From Guillardia theta CCMP2712 (Eukaryota > Protista > Cryptophyta): DNA of 64,000 nt. The position numbers and the translations under genes were made by a program. Shown piece after piece: positions 61,001 through 64,000 of the stretch (position 1 is its first letter; each line of letters starts with the position of its first letter). Location of the stretch: the NCBI RefSeq assembly GCF_000315625.1, contig NW_005434657.1:939430-1003429 (forward strand), in the 5' to 3' direction. Under the pieces are notes generated by a model. The model searched no databases. It was not told the DNA's origin and saw only the letters and a program-made list of their open reading frames with translations.

Positions 61001-64000
61001 AAATCAGAGATAACCAGCTTCGACTATGCTCGCAAGGGAGAGGTTCCTGGTGCGAACAAAATAACGGTCATGGGGGAACCTGTCGAAGCCCTACCGGCTA
61101 CTAAACCGTTCAAATATCTCGGCTATCGCATCTCTCTGTGGAAGGAAGAAAGACGAAGAATAAAGGGCTGCCCTTTCACTTGGGGAGAACGAGCATACGT
61201 CTTTGAAAAAACCAAAGAACTGATCAACAATATCAGCTCGTCGAGTTATACTCCTGCGCAAAAATTTTACCTGGTGAAAGTTGGAATTCTCAACGTCTTT
61301 CGCTACTCCGCAGTCATGACTGGATGGACTTGGCGAGACCTACAAGAATTAGATCAACTGTGGATACGAGCTTTTAAAAAAGCGTTAGGCCTAAGCAAAA
61401 GTACAGGGAATGGTATATTCTACCTGCCAACAGAGAATGGAGGGCTGCAGGTCCCTCATCCTGCCCCAATCCTAGGGAGAGCAGCGTTACGATACATCGA
61501 ACGAGAAGTGAATAGTAAGCATGGTGGAGACATCCAAGATAGACTGATATCTAAACTCAGAAACTCGTGCGTAAAATGGGGGTGTCAAACAATGCTTGAG
61601 CTCCAAAGAGAAATGAATTTTCGAACTATGGAGCGGGATGTGGTGCGGGGACCCGAAGCTTTAGCAGTCTGGCTGGCGGAAAAACTAAACACGAGGATCA
61701 GCTGGGCCCATATAGAAGCAGGTCACCTACCTGGAAGCATCTCCCTCCTTCATAGGATGGAGGATATGGTGGCAAACTTGAACGACTGTAACAGACCACA
61801 GGGCTGGACGAACTTCCAAGCCTTATGGAGGCAACTCCCGAAACTCCAATTCTCCTTGCTACGCAATGTACGACCTATCGCGGACGAAGAACTGCATTTG
61901 CCAAGGAAGCTCTGGCCTTTCCCAAGGCAACGCGAGGAGGCGGAGGGGATCGTAATGCAATTGCTACAAGAAAATGTCATCTGGGTAAGCAGCGTCAACA
62001 GAGCATCAGGAACAAAGAGGAAAAGACGAGAGGCTGTCACACAGGATAGTGCTACAACCCGAAAACGAAAGTCACACCCGCAATCAGAGGAGGACCGGGA
62101 GGAGACATCCAAAAAGCATCGGGAAGCAGCAGAAGAGAGAAGGCCACACCCAGCTCATGCAAACACAAGATCCCTCATGGCTAAATTACTAGGCAATCTG
62201 GATCAACAGGAACACCTTATCCTAAAAGGTAAGGAAAGTTTCAAAATCAAGGGCGACATAGCAATCATGGACCGGCCCAGAAGTCACACGGGCCAAGAAC
62301 AAGACATCAAAGAAGCCGAACCTTCCCTTCGCTCGGCGCCATTTGCGAGGAAAGAAGATGAAGATGGCGCCAAGAACCCAGAGAAGACAGAGATCCTACT
62401 GCAAATTGCTAAGCATATCAGCAAAAAACACAACAGCTTACTCAACTCGCAAGCTTGGTGGGAACATCTAACCACCGCCATGGCTGAAATTCGAGATAGA
62501 CAACAAGGCCTTCCGCTGTCGTACGAATTTCTAGAACACTTGGGGATGCTCGCTGAAACAAAACAGTTCAGCAACTGGCCCACCCTCTATCACCCGACAA
62601 TCCAGGCCGCAACAGACAGCTTGCAGGACGACGAGGTTCGACGTGAAATAATATGGATCGACCAACAGGAGCAATACCTCAGCCACGCCGCATGCGAGTC
62701 CGGAACAATCATGATCGGATGGAACCAAACTTGCTTCAGGAAAGAAATCCCTGACGGCTTCATGCTAGTCGGTAAGGTACCTAAAGGATCAGAAATATGT
62801 TACGCTGCAAATTTCTGGAGGACGGGCGATCGGAGCCTCAGGAAGTCACAAGACGACCTGATTGTCTACTGCAAAGAGTCGGAACAAGAGAGAATAATTG
62901 TCCAACTCACAGTACACCTGATCCCTGAACGGGAGGAGCTACAAGAATACCGAAGGAAGCAAAACGAAAACTATCAAGCCTCGGCCAAACAGGAGAAGAA
63001 CAGGAACCACGTGTGGTCCGCAATCCACGGCGACATATCACGAAACAGGAAGGGTCGATCAATGTCGATAGGATACAGCACGCAGGAAAAGGAAGGAGAG
63101 CAGGAACGCGGAGCGATCAAGATACACGGAAAATGTAGCGTCATCAGAGCACATACCATCGCACTCTGCATACTCCTACAAGCGATTTGGGAACAAAGAG
63201 GCAAACAGAAAACAATCAGGAAAATCTTCGTCCTCTTTAAATCAACCCGAATGCATCGCTTTCTTACGGACACCCTCAGATGGTCTACCATGCAGTATGA
63301 AGACGAGCTCGTATACGACTTGGCAGGAAGACTGCAGGAATGCCTGAGCAAATTTCAGCGGGAAGGCATTGAGATCAACCTCTCTCTGATCGCAGACCAC
63401 ACCGTAGTGCAAGAAGCTGCAGAGGAAGCTCGCAAGGGAAAATCCTCCTTCTCCTCCACGTGGGAAAGGGCCCTCATCGACAGCGACTTGGGATTCTGCA
63501 TTGCAGACGAAGAGAACTTCAAGCCGGGGATGGATCGACTGAAAATATGGGATAAGATAATCAGAGAAGAACAACTGGAACTGAGGAGGAAAGAAGCCCC
63601 CCTTACCTTGACGGAAACCTTTCTCCTGGAACCACAAGTGGGCAGAAGGATCCTAGGTCGAGCCTTACAGAGGTGTCGAGGATCAGTACTTCGGACAGCC
63701 ATCCAAGCTATTACCTGGTCAGCACCTACGAGGAAAAAGCTGTTCCAGTGGAAGAAGACGACATCCCCCTGTTGCCCATGGTGCGAAGGCAGGGAAGAAA
63801 GCTGGGTGCATATCCAGCTAGCCTGCAAAGAATTTGAGCTCATGATCGCTTTGGCACACAACAGAGTAATGGAGACAATCAAGGGATGCCTGACAGAAAG
63901 CTGGAAGAAGAAAAGTGTTGAACAGGAGAGTTGGTGGCAAACGCCAATCAACTCTATGACAGGGCTAGGACTGAGCTATAAAAAAGACGATCTGAGTAAT
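58089..64000 (+). mobile_element. 5'-truncated non-LTR retrotransposon with a long open ORF (APE, Zn ribbon, RT, degenerate RNase H, CCHC); runs off the window
   Basis: Frame of ATG 58181, absent from the ORF track, consistent with no stop before the window end: SQNVNG, LLQE, AGDFN, KLDAV, VDHR; KAAGLD, NMRPI, QEGFRPGRST, LDFANFFN, GLPQG, FADD, FKYLG; CPWC..ESWVHIQLAC..AHN. Confidence 0.93.

Noticed and set aside
58089-64000. Telomerase RT or Penelope/Athena element
   Set aside because: The RT motifs and N-terminal APE are of the non-LTR type; no GIY-YIG or TERT motifs seen

Overview
Eukaryotic nuclear DNA with many short GT-AG introns and TTTAGGG telomeric repeats. It is most likely a cryptophyte alga of the Guillardia type, inferred from a bacteriorhodopsin-like cation channelrhodopsin and bipartite plastid presequences with an AF cleavage motif. 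Host genes: NHL-repeat protein, tRNA-Arg(TCG), Shewanella-like phosphatase, Na+/Ca2+ exchanger, TDY-type MAPK, channelrhodopsin, a repeated-exon membrane protein and an atypical SDR. Two accessory zones interrupt them. (1) 8.3-27.9 kb is bracketed by outward-facing telomeric repeats. It holds a shattered intronless Cys-rich/F-lectin gene, CryptonS-like tyrosine-recombinase transposon pieces, an intact chromovirus LTR element with a -1 frameshift signal, a solo LTR, a Ulp1-protease/APE LINE fragment and an AT-rich giant-virus (NCLDV) cluster (VLTF3, A32 ATPase pieces). (2) 27.9-32.7 kb and 55.6-64 kb hold a telomere-repeat-targeted retroelement system. It comprises a Dualen-like LINE ORF (APE, Zn ribbon, RT, degenerate RNase H, CCHC), an RT-less single-ORF partner with a (TAA)n tail (HeT-A-like logic), and 18-20 bp minisatellites at telomere/element 5' junctions. 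Family assignments come from recalled motifs; no database search was run.
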